NCBI GenBank assembly: GCA_038102985.1
Contig: JAYNYK010000004.1
Location: forward strand, 420 to 64,419
Direction of reading: 5' to 3'
Length of the DNA stretch: 64,000 bases
Source: Halieaceae bacterium
Lineage (GTDB): Bacteria > Pseudomonadota > Gammaproteobacteria > Pseudomonadales > Halieaceae
Shown here: in pieces, positions 49,526 to 58,797 of the stretch
Layout of the letters: each line of letters opens with the position of its first letter
Position numbering within the stretch: the stretch's first letter is position 1
Program-made: the position numbers and the translations under genes
The notes under the pieces: model-generated
Databases searched by the model: none
What the model was told of the DNA's origin: nothing
The model's input: only the letters and a program-made list of their open reading frames with translations

Positions 49526-50592
49526 TGCCAAGGCCCACCTCTGTCGTCATTGATCTTGCGGCCATCGGCGATAACATTGCCACGCTCAAGCGATCTCTGG
49601 GCGCGAGCCAATTCATGGCCGTCGTCAAGGCGGATGCTTACGGACACGGTGCAATCCCTGTGGCCCGCTGCATTGAGAAGATGGTCGACGCTTTTGCGGT
49701 TGCATTTATCGCGGAGGCCATCGAGCTTCGCACCGCTGGGATCGGCAAGCCAATCCTGGTACTGGAGGGGCCTCATTCTGCAATCGACGTCACGCTCGCT
49801 ACACAACACAACCTGTGGCCCGCTCTGCACGATCACGCACAAATCGAGTGGTACCGCGCTCATCAGGGCGCGCCGACTCAGGCCTGGATCAAAATCGATA
49901 CCGGAATGCATCGACTTGGCTTCAGCCCAACGCAGTTGCCCTCTGTTCGACAGGCTTTGCAGGACTTGGGCTGCGACCATTTGACACTCATGTCCCATCT
50001 TGCGGCTGCTGAGTCCCCCGATAGCCCCCTTACAGCAAAGCAACTCAGCCAGTGGCAAAAACTCACATCGCGCTGGTCAGGTGACGTCAGTTTGTGTAAT
50101 TCAGCAGCAAGCCGCCTCGGCCTAGCCAACAACAGCGGCTGGGCGAGGGTGGGTTACGCGATATACGGCGGCCTCGTTAAAGGCTTAGCCAGCAACTCGG
50201 CACTCAAACCCGCTATGCACTTCGAAACAGCCGTGATCTCCGTCAAGCAGATCGCCGCTGGCGAGTCTGTCGGTTACGGTGGCCAGTGGACGGCCGAACG
50301 AGACAGCAGTATTGCCACGCTACCCGTCGGCTATGGCGACGGCTACCCTTGGTCAGCCCCCAACGGCACGCCAGTTCAAATAAACGACCTCATTGCCCCA
50401 CTTGTCGGCCGGGTGTCAATGGATATGGTGACCGTTGATGTCACCGATTGCGGCCCCGTGGACATCGGCACCCCCGCGGTGCTTTGGGGACAAACCCCTG
50501 GCGTAGATATGGTGGCTGATGCCTGTGGCACCATAGGCTACGAACTGATGACCCGAATGACAGGGAGAGCCGAGCGGTGCTACAAAGATTAA
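49525..50592 (+). CDS. alr: Alanine racemase
   Basis: AVVKADAYGHG, KIDTGMHRLG, VGYG, GYGDGY, GRVSMD, TIGYEL; TGATG overlap with dat. Confidence 0.93.
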   Translation: MPRPTSVVIDLAAIGDNIATLKRSLGASQFMAVVKADAYGHGAIPVARCIEKMVDAFAVAFIAEAIELRTAGIGKPILVLEGPHSAIDVTLATQHNLWPALHDHAQIEWYRAHQGAPTQAWIKIDTGMHRLGFSPTQLPSVRQALQDLGCDHLTLMSHLAAAESPDSPLTAKQLSQWQKLTSRWSGDVSLCNSAASRLGLANNSGWARVGYAIYGGLVKGLASNSALKPAMHFETAVISVKQIAAGESVGYGGQWTAERDSSIATLPVGYGDGYPWSAPNGTPVQINDLIAPLVGRVSMDMVTVDVTDCGPVDIGTPAVLWGQTPGVDMVADACGTIGYELMTRMTGRAERCYKD

Positions 50593-50655
50593 GTGGATGC
50601 CCCTCGCCCCGACCACTTCGCCCAACGCCCGCATTTGCACAAGTGAAGTTTCCCC

Positions 50656-52161
50656 ATGATTGATAGCGGCAGCGACGACACGCTGCTCGCGGCGATCGAT
50701 CTAGGGAGCAATTCATTTCATCTGATGGTAGCCAAAGCGGAATTTGGAGAGCTAAGGCCAGTCCACGCCCTTGCTGAGAAGGTCCAACTGGGCGAAACCG
50801 ATGACTCAGGTCTGTTGACTGACTCGGCTATCGCTCGCGGCCTTGCTTGTTTAGAGCGCTTCAAACAATTGATAGACAGTACCTCGCCGAATAAATTGCG
50901 CATTGTTGGCACCAACGCGTTGCGACGAGCCAAAAACCGACAAGCATTTATTGACCCGGCGGAGCAAATCATTGATGCCCCAATTGACGTTATATACGGC
51001 CGCGAGGAAGCGCGACTGATTTATCTGGGGGTCGCGCATACCTTATCTGATGACGCAAACACGCGGCTGGTCATCGACATTGGTGGAGGAAGCACGGAAT
51101 TTATTTTAGGCGAGCGTTTTGAGCCAAAAAAGCTCGAGAGTCTGCAGATGGGGTGTGTGTCCTATGGCCGACACTACCTGCCTGAGGGTCTGATCCATCG
51201 CGACGGCTTCACAGCGGCGTACCACAGAGCGCGCATCGAGGTGTCGCACATTCGACGGCGCTACAACAGCAATCTGTGGCAGGAAGCGGTGGGGTCATCT
51301 GGCACGCTGCGGGCGATTGAGGCACTGATAACCGCAGCGGGCTGGCGAGAGAGTGGTATCGACCGTGATTCTCTGGAAAAGCTGAAAGAGGTTTTGCTCA
51401 CATTCAAACACAGCGACGACATCAATTTGGAGGGCCTCAGCGACACACGAAAAAGTGTGGTGATTTCGGGGTTAGCCATCACGCTTGGCATCTTCGACGG
51501 CCTACAGATAAGGGAGATGCGCACCTCAACGGGCGCCCTTCGGGAGGGCGTAATTTATGATCTGATCGGCAGATTTAGCCATGAGGATGTGCGCACGCGC
51601 AGCGTCTCGGCAATGCAGCAGCGCTACAGCGCTGATCAAACCATTGCCGACTTGGTTTGCCGCCGAGTGGGACTTTTGGCGTCGGCGATATCCAACGAAT
51701 GGCACCTCAGCAAGAGTGAGGTGGATCTTTTGACCTGGGCGGCGGCGCTGCACGAGATCGGTGTGGCTGTCTCCCAAAAAAACTACGCTCAACACTCAGC
51801 CTATCTGGTGCTCAACAGCGATTTACCCGGGTTCGCGCAGCAAGATCAGGAAATCATGGCAACGCTCATCTCGGGTCTGCGCGGTAAAATCCGGCTCGAC
51901 GCGCTGGACGCCATTCCCGAACGCAAACGCCAGAATGTCGCGCGCATGATGGTCCTGCTGCGATTAGCAGTCATCCTTAAACACGTGGAAGAAGTGGAGA
52001 GCATCCCCGATCTGGCCGTTTGTGCGAAGGGGGGCACCCTTACCCTGACGTATCCCGAGGATTGGGGTGAGGCGCACCCCCTAACAATCTGGGAAATACT
52101 GCAGAGCGAATCCTCGTTTAAGAGGCTGGGCATCGCCCTGACGCTCAGTGCGGTGCCATAA
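50656..52161 (+). CDS. ppx: Exopolyphosphatase Ppx/GppA
   Basis: IDLGSNSFH, GTNALR, GREEARLIY.G, DIGGGSTE, GALREG, LHEIG. Confidence 0.92.
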   Translation: MIDSGSDDTLLAAIDLGSNSFHLMVAKAEFGELRPVHALAEKVQLGETDDSGLLTDSAIARGLACLERFKQLIDSTSPNKLRIVGTNALRRAKNRQAFIDPAEQIIDAPIDVIYGREEARLIYLGVAHTLSDDANTRLVIDIGGGSTEFILGERFEPKKLESLQMGCVSYGRHYLPEGLIHRDGFTAAYHRARIEVSHIRRRYNSNLWQEAVGSSGTLRAIEALITAAGWRESGIDRDSLEKLKEVLLTFKHSDDINLEGLSDTRKSVVISGLAITLGIFDGLQIREMRTSTGALREGVIYDLIGRFSHEDVRTRSVSAMQQRYSADQTIADLVCRRVGLLASAISNEWHLSKSEVDLLTWAAALHEIGVAVSQKNYAQHSAYLVLNSDLPGFAQQDQEIMATLISGLRGKIRLDALDAIPERKRQNVARMMVLLRLAVILKHVEEVESIPDLAVCAKGGTLTLTYPEDWGEAHPLTIWEILQSESSFKRLGIALTLSAVP

Positions 52162-52173
52162 GCCAGAAAGCCG

Positions 52174-53493
52174 CTACAGGTCGTAACCGCGCTCATCATG
52201 CAGGACGATATCCAGCCCTGCAGTTTCATCTTCTTGATCGACCCTAAGGGGCACCACTGCGTCAACAATCCGCAGCAGCACCCAACTCGCCAATGCGGTA
52301 TAGACAAAGGTCGCACCTATCCCGGTCAGCTGTATGGCCAACTGCCCCGCGATACCCTCAACGCCATCGGAAAAGCCATTACCACTAAACAAGCCCAAAG
52401 ACGGCGAGCAGAAAATACCGGCCATCACTAGCCCGAGCATGCCACCCACGCCGTGCACCGGAAATACATCAAGGCTGTCATCCACACCCAGACGATTTTT
52501 CAGAGTGATGGTGGCAAAGTAGCAAATGACGCCTGCCGACAGCCCAATCACGACGGCCCCCGCAGGACCCACAGAACCCGACGCAGGGGTGATCGTGCCC
52601 AGCCCCGCTACCATCCCGGTCACAATACCCAGCACCGAAGGTTTCCCGTGCCGAATCCACTCCATGGCCATCCAGGCCAGCGAACCGCAGGCGGCGGAAA
52701 GATGCGTAACAAGCATCGCCATCGCCGCGCTACTGTCGGCAGCAACCGCAGATCCCGCATTAAAACCAAACCAACCTACCCATAGCATGCCGGCCCCGCT
52801 CACCGTCATGGTCAGATTGTGGGGTGGCATTGCCGTTTCACCGAACCCGCGACGACCGCCCAGCGACAATGCCGCAACCAGCGCCGCAACACCCGCCGTA
52901 ATGTGCACAACTGAGCCCCCGGCAAAATCCTGAAGGCCCATCTCGCCCAGCCAGCCACCACCCCAAACCCAGTGACAAATCGGCGCATAGACCAGAATCA
53001 ACCACAGCGAGCTAAACAGCAACATGGCGGAAAACCGCATGCGCTCAGCGAAACCGCCGACGATGAGTGCCGGGGTAATCACTGCAAAGGTCAACTGAAA
53101 CATGACAAAGAGTGTTTCAGGAATCGATCCGCTGACGCTGTCCATGGACACCTTGGCCAAAAACAAATTACCGAAGTCCCCAATCCAAGGACCTTGCTCA
53201 ACACCCGATGAGCCGAAGGCAAGGGTGTAACCGACAACAAACCACAGCACTGACATCAGCGCCGTTAGCGTAAAGCACTGCATTAGCACAGAAAGCACGT
53301 TTTTCGCCCGAACTAACCCCGCATAGAACAACGAGAGGCCGGGGATTGTCATAAACAGTACCAAAGCCGTGGAAGTGAGGATCCACGCTGTATCGGCTCC
53401 TGAGATCGTGTCCGCCCAGGCCGCAGGCGAGGAAAGAGCACTCAGTGCTGCCGTAGCGAGCAAAGAGGTGTAGCAACGGCGCGACAACGACAT
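52174..53493 (-). CDS. amtB: Ammonium transporter
   Basis: DFAGGSVVH, WVGWFGFNAGS, GLGTITP, DDSLDVFPVHGVGG (twin His), GLD..H.E.GY. Confidence 0.95.
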   Translation of the reverse strand: MSLSRRCYTSLLATAALSALSSPAAWADTISGADTAWILTSTALVLFMTIPGLSLFYAGLVRAKNVLSVLMQCFTLTALMSVLWFVVGYTLAFGSSGVEQGPWIGDFGNLFLAKVSMDSVSGSIPETLFVMFQLTFAVITPALIVGGFAERMRFSAMLLFSSLWLILVYAPICHWVWGGGWLGEMGLQDFAGGSVVHITAGVAALVAALSLGGRRGFGETAMPPHNLTMTVSGAGMLWVGWFGFNAGSAVAADSSAAMAMLVTHLSAACGSLAWMAMEWIRHGKPSVLGIVTGMVAGLGTITPASGSVGPAGAVVIGLSAGVICYFATITLKNRLGVDDSLDVFPVHGVGGMLGLVMAGIFCSPSLGLFSGNGFSDGVEGIAGQLAIQLTGIGATFVYTALASWVLLRIVDAVVPLRVDQEDETAGLDIVLHDERGYDL

Positions 53494-53642
53494 GGATGAC
53501 TACCTCGAAAAATTTGACCCGCAGTGTGCCATAAGCCGTGTCCATACCCCAAGTGCCTGACCCTGACGCAGTTGGCCCAAGCTGATTGTTAATCTGCGCC
53601 GCCCACATTATTCTGCGCTCGTCCCAGTTGGATGCACATCGC

Positions 53643-55088
53643 ATGAATGCCCCCGCACATGGCCCAGCGAAGCTTTTTATTCGACTATTTACGCCCCTAC
53701 TTGTTACGCCCCTACTTGTGCCACTAGCGCTGTGCGCCCTTTCCACAGCGGCCACAGCCTCCCCTCGGAATGTCATTTTGTTTATCGGCGACGGCTTCGA
53801 TGATCAGCATGTCACCATGGGACGCAACTATCTGGCCGGAATGAGCGGGACGCTGGGGGTCGACAGGCTACCTTTTCGCGGGGCTGTCCAAGTTGAGACA
53901 CTATCGACTTCGGGGCGGCCGACCTATGTCGCCGACTCAGCCAATACAGCTACCGCAATTGCCACCGGCGCGATTACCAGTGTCGGCAGGATCGGAACGG
54001 ACATCCGCGATCAGGATTTGCCAACTATTGCCGAGCAAGCCGTCGCCGCTGGCTTACGCGTCGGGCTCGTCACCACCTCCTCCATCACCGATGCGACACC
54101 CGCTTCGTTTCTTGCTCATGTCTCTTCGAGAAGCTGCGAGGGCCCAGAAGAAATATTGGGAAGCACCTATTACGGTGTTCCGCAACCCAGCTGCCCGCAG
54201 GATGCGCTGGAAAATGGGGGTCCGGGATCGATTATTGAGCAGTTGATCTTGAGTGGTGCCCAAATTCTCCTCGGGGGCGGCCAGAAATTTCTGGCACAAG
54301 AAACGTCTGAGGGAGAATCGGTGCGCGCTCTGGCTGAGCGCAATGGTTTTCGAGTAGTCACCGCCCCCAGCGAGCTTCGCCCGGGGCTGCCCGAGCAGAG
54401 AATCCTGGGGCTCTTCGATAACGAGAACCTGAAAGTCAGATGGCGTGGCTCGGAGGGTCGGCGTGCCGAGATAGCTGAGAAAAGCTGGCTGAATCACCTT
54501 TCCGATTATCTGGGCGAAGTGAAAGCGCCCGAGCCCATGGCCTGCGAGCCTAATCCAGAGGCAAGGCATACGCCTCCCCTCGCACTGATGACCGACGTCG
54601 CGCTGCGGCAGCTGTCGATTGATAATCCCCGAGGATTTTTTTTGATGGTGGAATCCGCCTCAATTGACAAACAAAGCCACAAACGTAACCCCTGCGGCTC
54701 GATCGGTGAAATCGAACAGCTTGAAGAGGCGCTGGCGCGCGCGCTGGAGTTTGCCAATAACCACGGGAATACGCTGATCATCGTGACCGCTGATCACGCA
54801 CAAGCAGCCCAGATCCTGCCTGACCCGAGTCACTATGCGGAGTACCCCATGCCCATTTATTCGCCGGGGCACACTGCGCGGCTCAGGACGCCTGAGGGCA
54901 GCATCATGCGTATTAACTACGCCACAAACAATGGGTTCAGCGAAGAACACACGGGTGCAAATGTGCCGCTCTTCGCAAACCGAACCGATCAGGCGTTACT
55001 GACGCCCTTTATTACCCAGAGCGGTCTTTATGAGGCCATGAAGGCCTTTCTTCTCCCGGACGAGGGTGGTGAACTGGTCACAGATTAA
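53643..55088 (+). CDS. phoA: PhoA-type alkaline phosphatase
   Basis: Signal peptide; IGDG, VADSA (Ser), DATPA, SRSCEGP, ESASIDKQSH, TADH, EHTG all map onto E. coli PhoA metal ligands. Confidence 0.85.
   Translation: MNAPAHGPAKLFIRLFTPLLVTPLLVPLALCALSTAATASPRNVILFIGDGFDDQHVTMGRNYLAGMSGTLGVDRLPFRGAVQVETLSTSGRPTYVADSANTATAIATGAITSVGRIGTDIRDQDLPTIAEQAVAAGLRVGLVTTSSITDATPASFLAHVSSRSCEGPEEILGSTYYGVPQPSCPQDALENGGPGSIIEQLILSGAQILLGGGQKFLAQETSEGESVRALAERNGFRVVTAPSELRPGLPEQRILGLFDNENLKVRWRGSEGRRAEIAEKSWLNHLSDYLGEVKAPEPMACEPNPEARHTPPLALMTDVALRQLSIDNPRGFFLMVESASIDKQSHKRNPCGSIGEIEQLEEALARALEFANNHGNTLIIVTADHAQAAQILPDPSHYAEYPMPIYSPGHTARLRTPEGSIMRINYATNNGFSEEHTGANVPLFANRTDQALLTPFITQSGLYEAMKAFLLPDEGGELVTD
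53689..53718 (+). repeat. 15-bp tandem duplication in phoA signal-peptide region
   Basis: TTACGCCCCTACTTG x2 (encodes TPLLV-TPLLV). Confidence 0.85.
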
Positions 55089-55965
55089 TCCATGAATTGA
55101 GGGCCTTAAGACGGAACTGGGTGTCCACCGCACTCAAAATGACGCTGTCATCGAGAATCTCTACTACACGAATCGTCTGATCGCTCTCACCTTCTCTCAG
55201 TCTGCTGCCATTGAGCTCAACGAAGGACGGCTTATCGCCGCCAAATTGGTGGGCACTGTAAATAATGGTGGGCACGCGATCCTTTTGCTGCTGGGTCAGA
55301 TTTTCAAGCAAAGGCACGGGGTGCGGTGAGAGCGCGGCATCACCCGCCTCTAGCGCCAGCCGCTCCATCACCTCTTGAAGATCGACCTCTGGGCCATCAA
55401 CTTGCCCCTGGTCCACCGACGTCGGCATTTTCTCGGCGAGTGCGGCTTGTTGAGCGCGTCCCGCTTCCGCAACCTGGTCGGTAAGGGGAGCGCCTATCCG
55501 ATCGGCCTCCTCGCTTCCCGCAACTCCAGCGTCTGCCCACATCGCCCGATTCAGTGCTGCCAATTCACTCACATCAGAATCTGCCTCCCGCCGGCGCGAT
55601 TGATCGCCCGCAGATAAGGAGGGATTAGCAGGCTCAGCGATCACGGGATTTGGGGGATCCGTTGCTTGTGCCCGCGAACGCTGCGATGGCGTCTCCTGCG
55701 AGACACTGGCCATCGTGCCCTCTCCCTTCTGCGCCTCCCTAGGCGCCATCGCCGCCGTTGGATGATCTCTGGCTCTAGATGATCCTGGCTCGAACCACCA
55801 AAAACCAAGGAAAATGAAAAATGCGACCACCAAGACAGCGACGGACGCGACCAGCCTGTTGGGCGCGGATTCACTCTGAATGGACGGCTCTCCCACCATT
55901 GATATTGGAGCCGCCCTATTTTCTTCAGCTTCAGAACGCTTCAACGCATCGAGTATCAGCGACAC
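55078..55965 (-). CDS. gspB: General secretion pathway protein GspB/ExeB-like
   Basis: MSLILDALKRSE N-terminus, one TM segment, low-complexity linker, C-terminal YSAH..FVELNG.RLREG; follows exeA. Confidence 0.8.
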   Translation of the reverse strand: MSLILDALKRSEAEENRAAPISMVGEPSIQSESAPNRLVASVAVLVVAFFIFLGFWWFEPGSSRARDHPTAAMAPREAQKGEGTMASVSQETPSQRSRAQATDPPNPVIAEPANPSLSAGDQSRRREADSDVSELAALNRAMWADAGVAGSEEADRIGAPLTDQVAEAGRAQQAALAEKMPTSVDQGQVDGPEVDLQEVMERLALEAGDAALSPHPVPLLENLTQQQKDRVPTIIYSAHQFGGDKPSFVELNGSRLREGESDQTIRVVEILDDSVILSAVDTQFRLKALNSWINL

Positions 55966-57614
55966 GGTGTCGCTCCGAGTGACAGGTCGCGCTCTTCTAT
56001 CGCCCCTGGGGCCGACCAGCCTCGCCCCAATTCGTCATTGAGCGCCTGCAAGGTTCTCGCGCCGATAACGCCGTCCACCTCTAAACCGGCAGTCATTTGA
56101 AAAGCCACAACACGTTGTTGCAAAGCTTCTGTAAACACATCCAGCGGCGGCGCAGGCAATTGGTCCAAGCTGGCGAAGGCCGCTACGACGTGGCGGACAG
56201 CAGGGCCACTGTCCCCGAGGGCGAGCGGGCCACGCCAGCCATCGGGACTTTGCCAGAGGTAGTGAAAACGATGCCGCCAACGCTCTGTCAATGTCATCAG
56301 ACTGATCTCACAAGCAGCCCGTCCATCCCAAACGAGCGCCACATCCCCCTCGATGCTCAGCATGACGGTGGCCGCGGCGAAACCATCGGCGCGACGCAAA
56401 TCCAGTAGTACCGGACGATTTACCGCCACCACCTCGTCCCAAACATCAGACTGCGTCGTTTCGCATTGCCACCCCGTTGCTAGAGCCGTAGCGCACAGAT
56501 TCCCCTCGAGCGGCACATCGAAACGCAGGCCCCAAAGCGCGGCCTCCGCAAGAGCGGGATCCAACTCCCAGCGGTTGGTCGGTAAAATGGTTTTCTCCAC
56601 CGAAGCGGGAGGTGGGGGTGAAACCGCAGTCGGCGGACTCTCGGACCGTGAGGCTAAGGTCGCCACCGCTTGACGGTCGAGTAAACCCAGATAGGCCGCC
56701 ATACTGAGAGCGGTCACAGCCGTCACTGCGATCACCAGGGCAATTCGCCGGGCAGCGCCGCCCCTCCTTGCACCGGATACGGGTCGATCCGCTCCATTAC
56801 CTGCCCCCAAAACCTCTCGCGCCGCTTCCTGAACAAGACTTTTTGACACCGTCTGCTGGCCTCTCCCGTAGGCACCCGTCATCGCTCTATCAGAAACCAG
56901 ATTAATCAGCCTCGGGATCCCATCAGTTAACCGGTAGATCTCACGCAGGGCCGCCTCGCTGAATAGGGATCGATTGTCTTTCAGGCCCGCAACCTGCAAA
57001 CGATGGCGGACATAGGTCACCACCTCTTGTGACGTCAGCGCGGTCAGGTTAAATCGCGCCGTAATTCGCTGATTCAACTGCCTGAGCTCTGGTCGCGTGA
57101 GCATTGCAGCCAACTCTGGCTGACCGATAAGAATAATCTGCAGCAACTTTCGCTCGTCTGTTTCTAAATTGGTAAGCAATCTGATCTGCTCCAAGACGTC
57201 GAAATTGAGGTGCTGCGCCTCGTCGATCATCAGCACGGTTCTTCTCGCCATGCCATAGTTTGCAAGCAGAAATCGATGTAAGGCGTCGGTAAGCACCTTC
57301 AAGCTATCGGTGCCCTTCGGGTATTCGATCGCCAATTCATCGCACACCGTGGCGAGCAGCTCCACCGCACTTAATGCAGGATTCAAGATAATCGCGATAT
57401 CGGTGTCGCCGGGTAATTGGTCTAACAGACACCGGTTCAGCGTCGTCTTGCCTGTCCCTACTTCACCGGTCAATAAAATGAATCCACCCCCACTACCGAC
57501 ACCGTAAAGTAAGTGCGCCAGAGCATCGCGATGCTGACCACTCATGAACAGATAACGCGGGTTCACGGCGATGGAGAAAGGAGGCTCAGCGAGACCGAAG
57601 TATTGGTGGTACAT
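55956..57614 (-). CDS. exeA: ExeA/GspA AAA ATPase with peptidoglycan-binding domain
   Basis: MY.QYFGL.E.PFSI, GEVGTGKTT, IDEAQ, IGQPEL, GIPRLIN; C-terminal AFQ..GLEVDGVIG.RT. Confidence 0.88.
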   Translation of the reverse strand: MYHQYFGLAEPPFSIAVNPRYLFMSGQHRDALAHLLYGVGSGGGFILLTGEVGTGKTTLNRCLLDQLPGDTDIAIILNPALSAVELLATVCDELAIEYPKGTDSLKVLTDALHRFLLANYGMARRTVLMIDEAQHLNFDVLEQIRLLTNLETDERKLLQIILIGQPELAAMLTRPELRQLNQRITARFNLTALTSQEVVTYVRHRLQVAGLKDNRSLFSEAALREIYRLTDGIPRLINLVSDRAMTGAYGRGQQTVSKSLVQEAAREVLGAGNGADRPVSGARRGGAARRIALVIAVTAVTALSMAAYLGLLDRQAVATLASRSESPPTAVSPPPPASVEKTILPTNRWELDPALAEAALWGLRFDVPLEGNLCATALATGWQCETTQSDVWDEVVAVNRPVLLDLRRADGFAAATVMLSIEGDVALVWDGRAACEISLMTLTERWRHRFHYLWQSPDGWRGPLALGDSGPAVRHVVAAFASLDQLPAPPLDVFTEALQQRVVAFQMTAGLEVDGVIGARTLQALNDELGRGWSAPGAIEERDLSLGATPCR

Positions 57615-57831
57615 TCAGATCAACCTGTCCGACTGGAGTTGGTTGCACCGTAAACTATTGGCATATACCATGCCGAAACTTGGCGGTGCGGCTCCCATTA
57701 TGCGCCCCGACAGCGGCACTGCACAGGGGATCGGATTGCCATCCACTAGCTGCAGCAGAACACAGAGCACCCAAAGGATAGCTTCGCGGGTGCCAACGCA
57801 TTCGAATCATAGTCATTAGGAGAAAGCCCCC

Positions 57832-58797
57832 ATGGCCTTGCCACCCTCTCTGCAGGGCGCCCTGCAACTACCGGTTGTCGGCGCACCACTTTTCATAATT
57901 TCCAACCCCAATCTCGTTATTGCGCAGTGCAAAGCGGGCGTTGTGGGCTCCTTCCCTGCGCTCAACGCACGTCCGGAGCCGGTACTGGAGGAATGGCTGC
58001 AGCGCATTACCTCAGAGCTTGCGACCTATGATGCCGAACACCCCGAGGCGCCTTCCGCACCGTTTGCGGTCAATCAAATCGTCCACGGATCCAATGCCCG
58101 ACTCAAGCACGACATGGACATGTGTGTGAAGTACAAAGTCCCCATCGTGATCACCTCCCTCGGCGCTAAAGAGTGGGTCAATGAAATGGTTCACAGCTAC
58201 GGGGGCATCGTCCTTCACGACGTAATTAACAATCGGTTTGCAAAAAAGGCTATCGAAAAAGGCGCTGATGGCTTAATTGCAGTAGCGGCAGGCGCTGGCG
58301 GCCACGCGGGCACAACCTCTCCGATGGCGCTGATTCAAGAGATCCGGGAGTGGTTCGACGGACCACTGCTGTTATCGGGCGCCATCGCAACCGGCGACGC
58401 AGTGCTCGCCGCGCAGGCAATGGGCGCAGATCTGGGGTACATCGGATCCGCATTCATTGCAACCGAAGAAGCAGACGCCGACCAAGCTTACAAGCAAGCC
58501 ATCGTAGATTACTGCGCTGACGATATTGTTTATAGCAGCTTGTTTACCGGCGTTCACGGCAATTACTTGAAACCCTCCATCGAGGCAGCGGGACTCGACC
58601 CCAACAACCTCCCAGAAAGCGATCCGAGCAAAATGGATTTCGGTTCGGGTGGGAATACTGATGCCAAGGCCTGGAAAAACATATGGGGCTGCGGACAAGG
58701 GATTGGCGCCGTAAAAACCTTGGGCACAACTGCCGACTATGTCGCTAAACTACGCGGCGAATATGACAACGCCAAAGCACGGATCAATGCCTCATGA
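57832..58797 (+). CDS. Nitronate monooxygenase / FabK-like FMN oxidoreductase family
   Basis: APLFIIS, PFAVNQIVH.SN.RL, GAGGHAG, GADLGYIGSAFIAT.E, WGCGQG; AGGAG RBS. Confidence 0.85.
   Translation: MALPPSLQGALQLPVVGAPLFIISNPNLVIAQCKAGVVGSFPALNARPEPVLEEWLQRITSELATYDAEHPEAPSAPFAVNQIVHGSNARLKHDMDMCVKYKVPIVITSLGAKEWVNEMVHSYGGIVLHDVINNRFAKKAIEKGADGLIAVAAGAGGHAGTTSPMALIQEIREWFDGPLLLSGAIATGDAVLAAQAMGADLGYIGSAFIATEEADADQAYKQAIVDYCADDIVYSSLFTGVHGNYLKPSIEAAGLDPNNLPESDPSKMDFGSGGNTDAKAWKNIWGCGQGIGAVKTLGTTADYVAKLRGEYDNAKARINAS

Noticed and set aside
53494-53642. sigma54/NtrC or Pho-box sites between amtB and phoA
   Set aside because: TGGCAC-like words are present but lack the correctly spaced GC; no convincing match by eye
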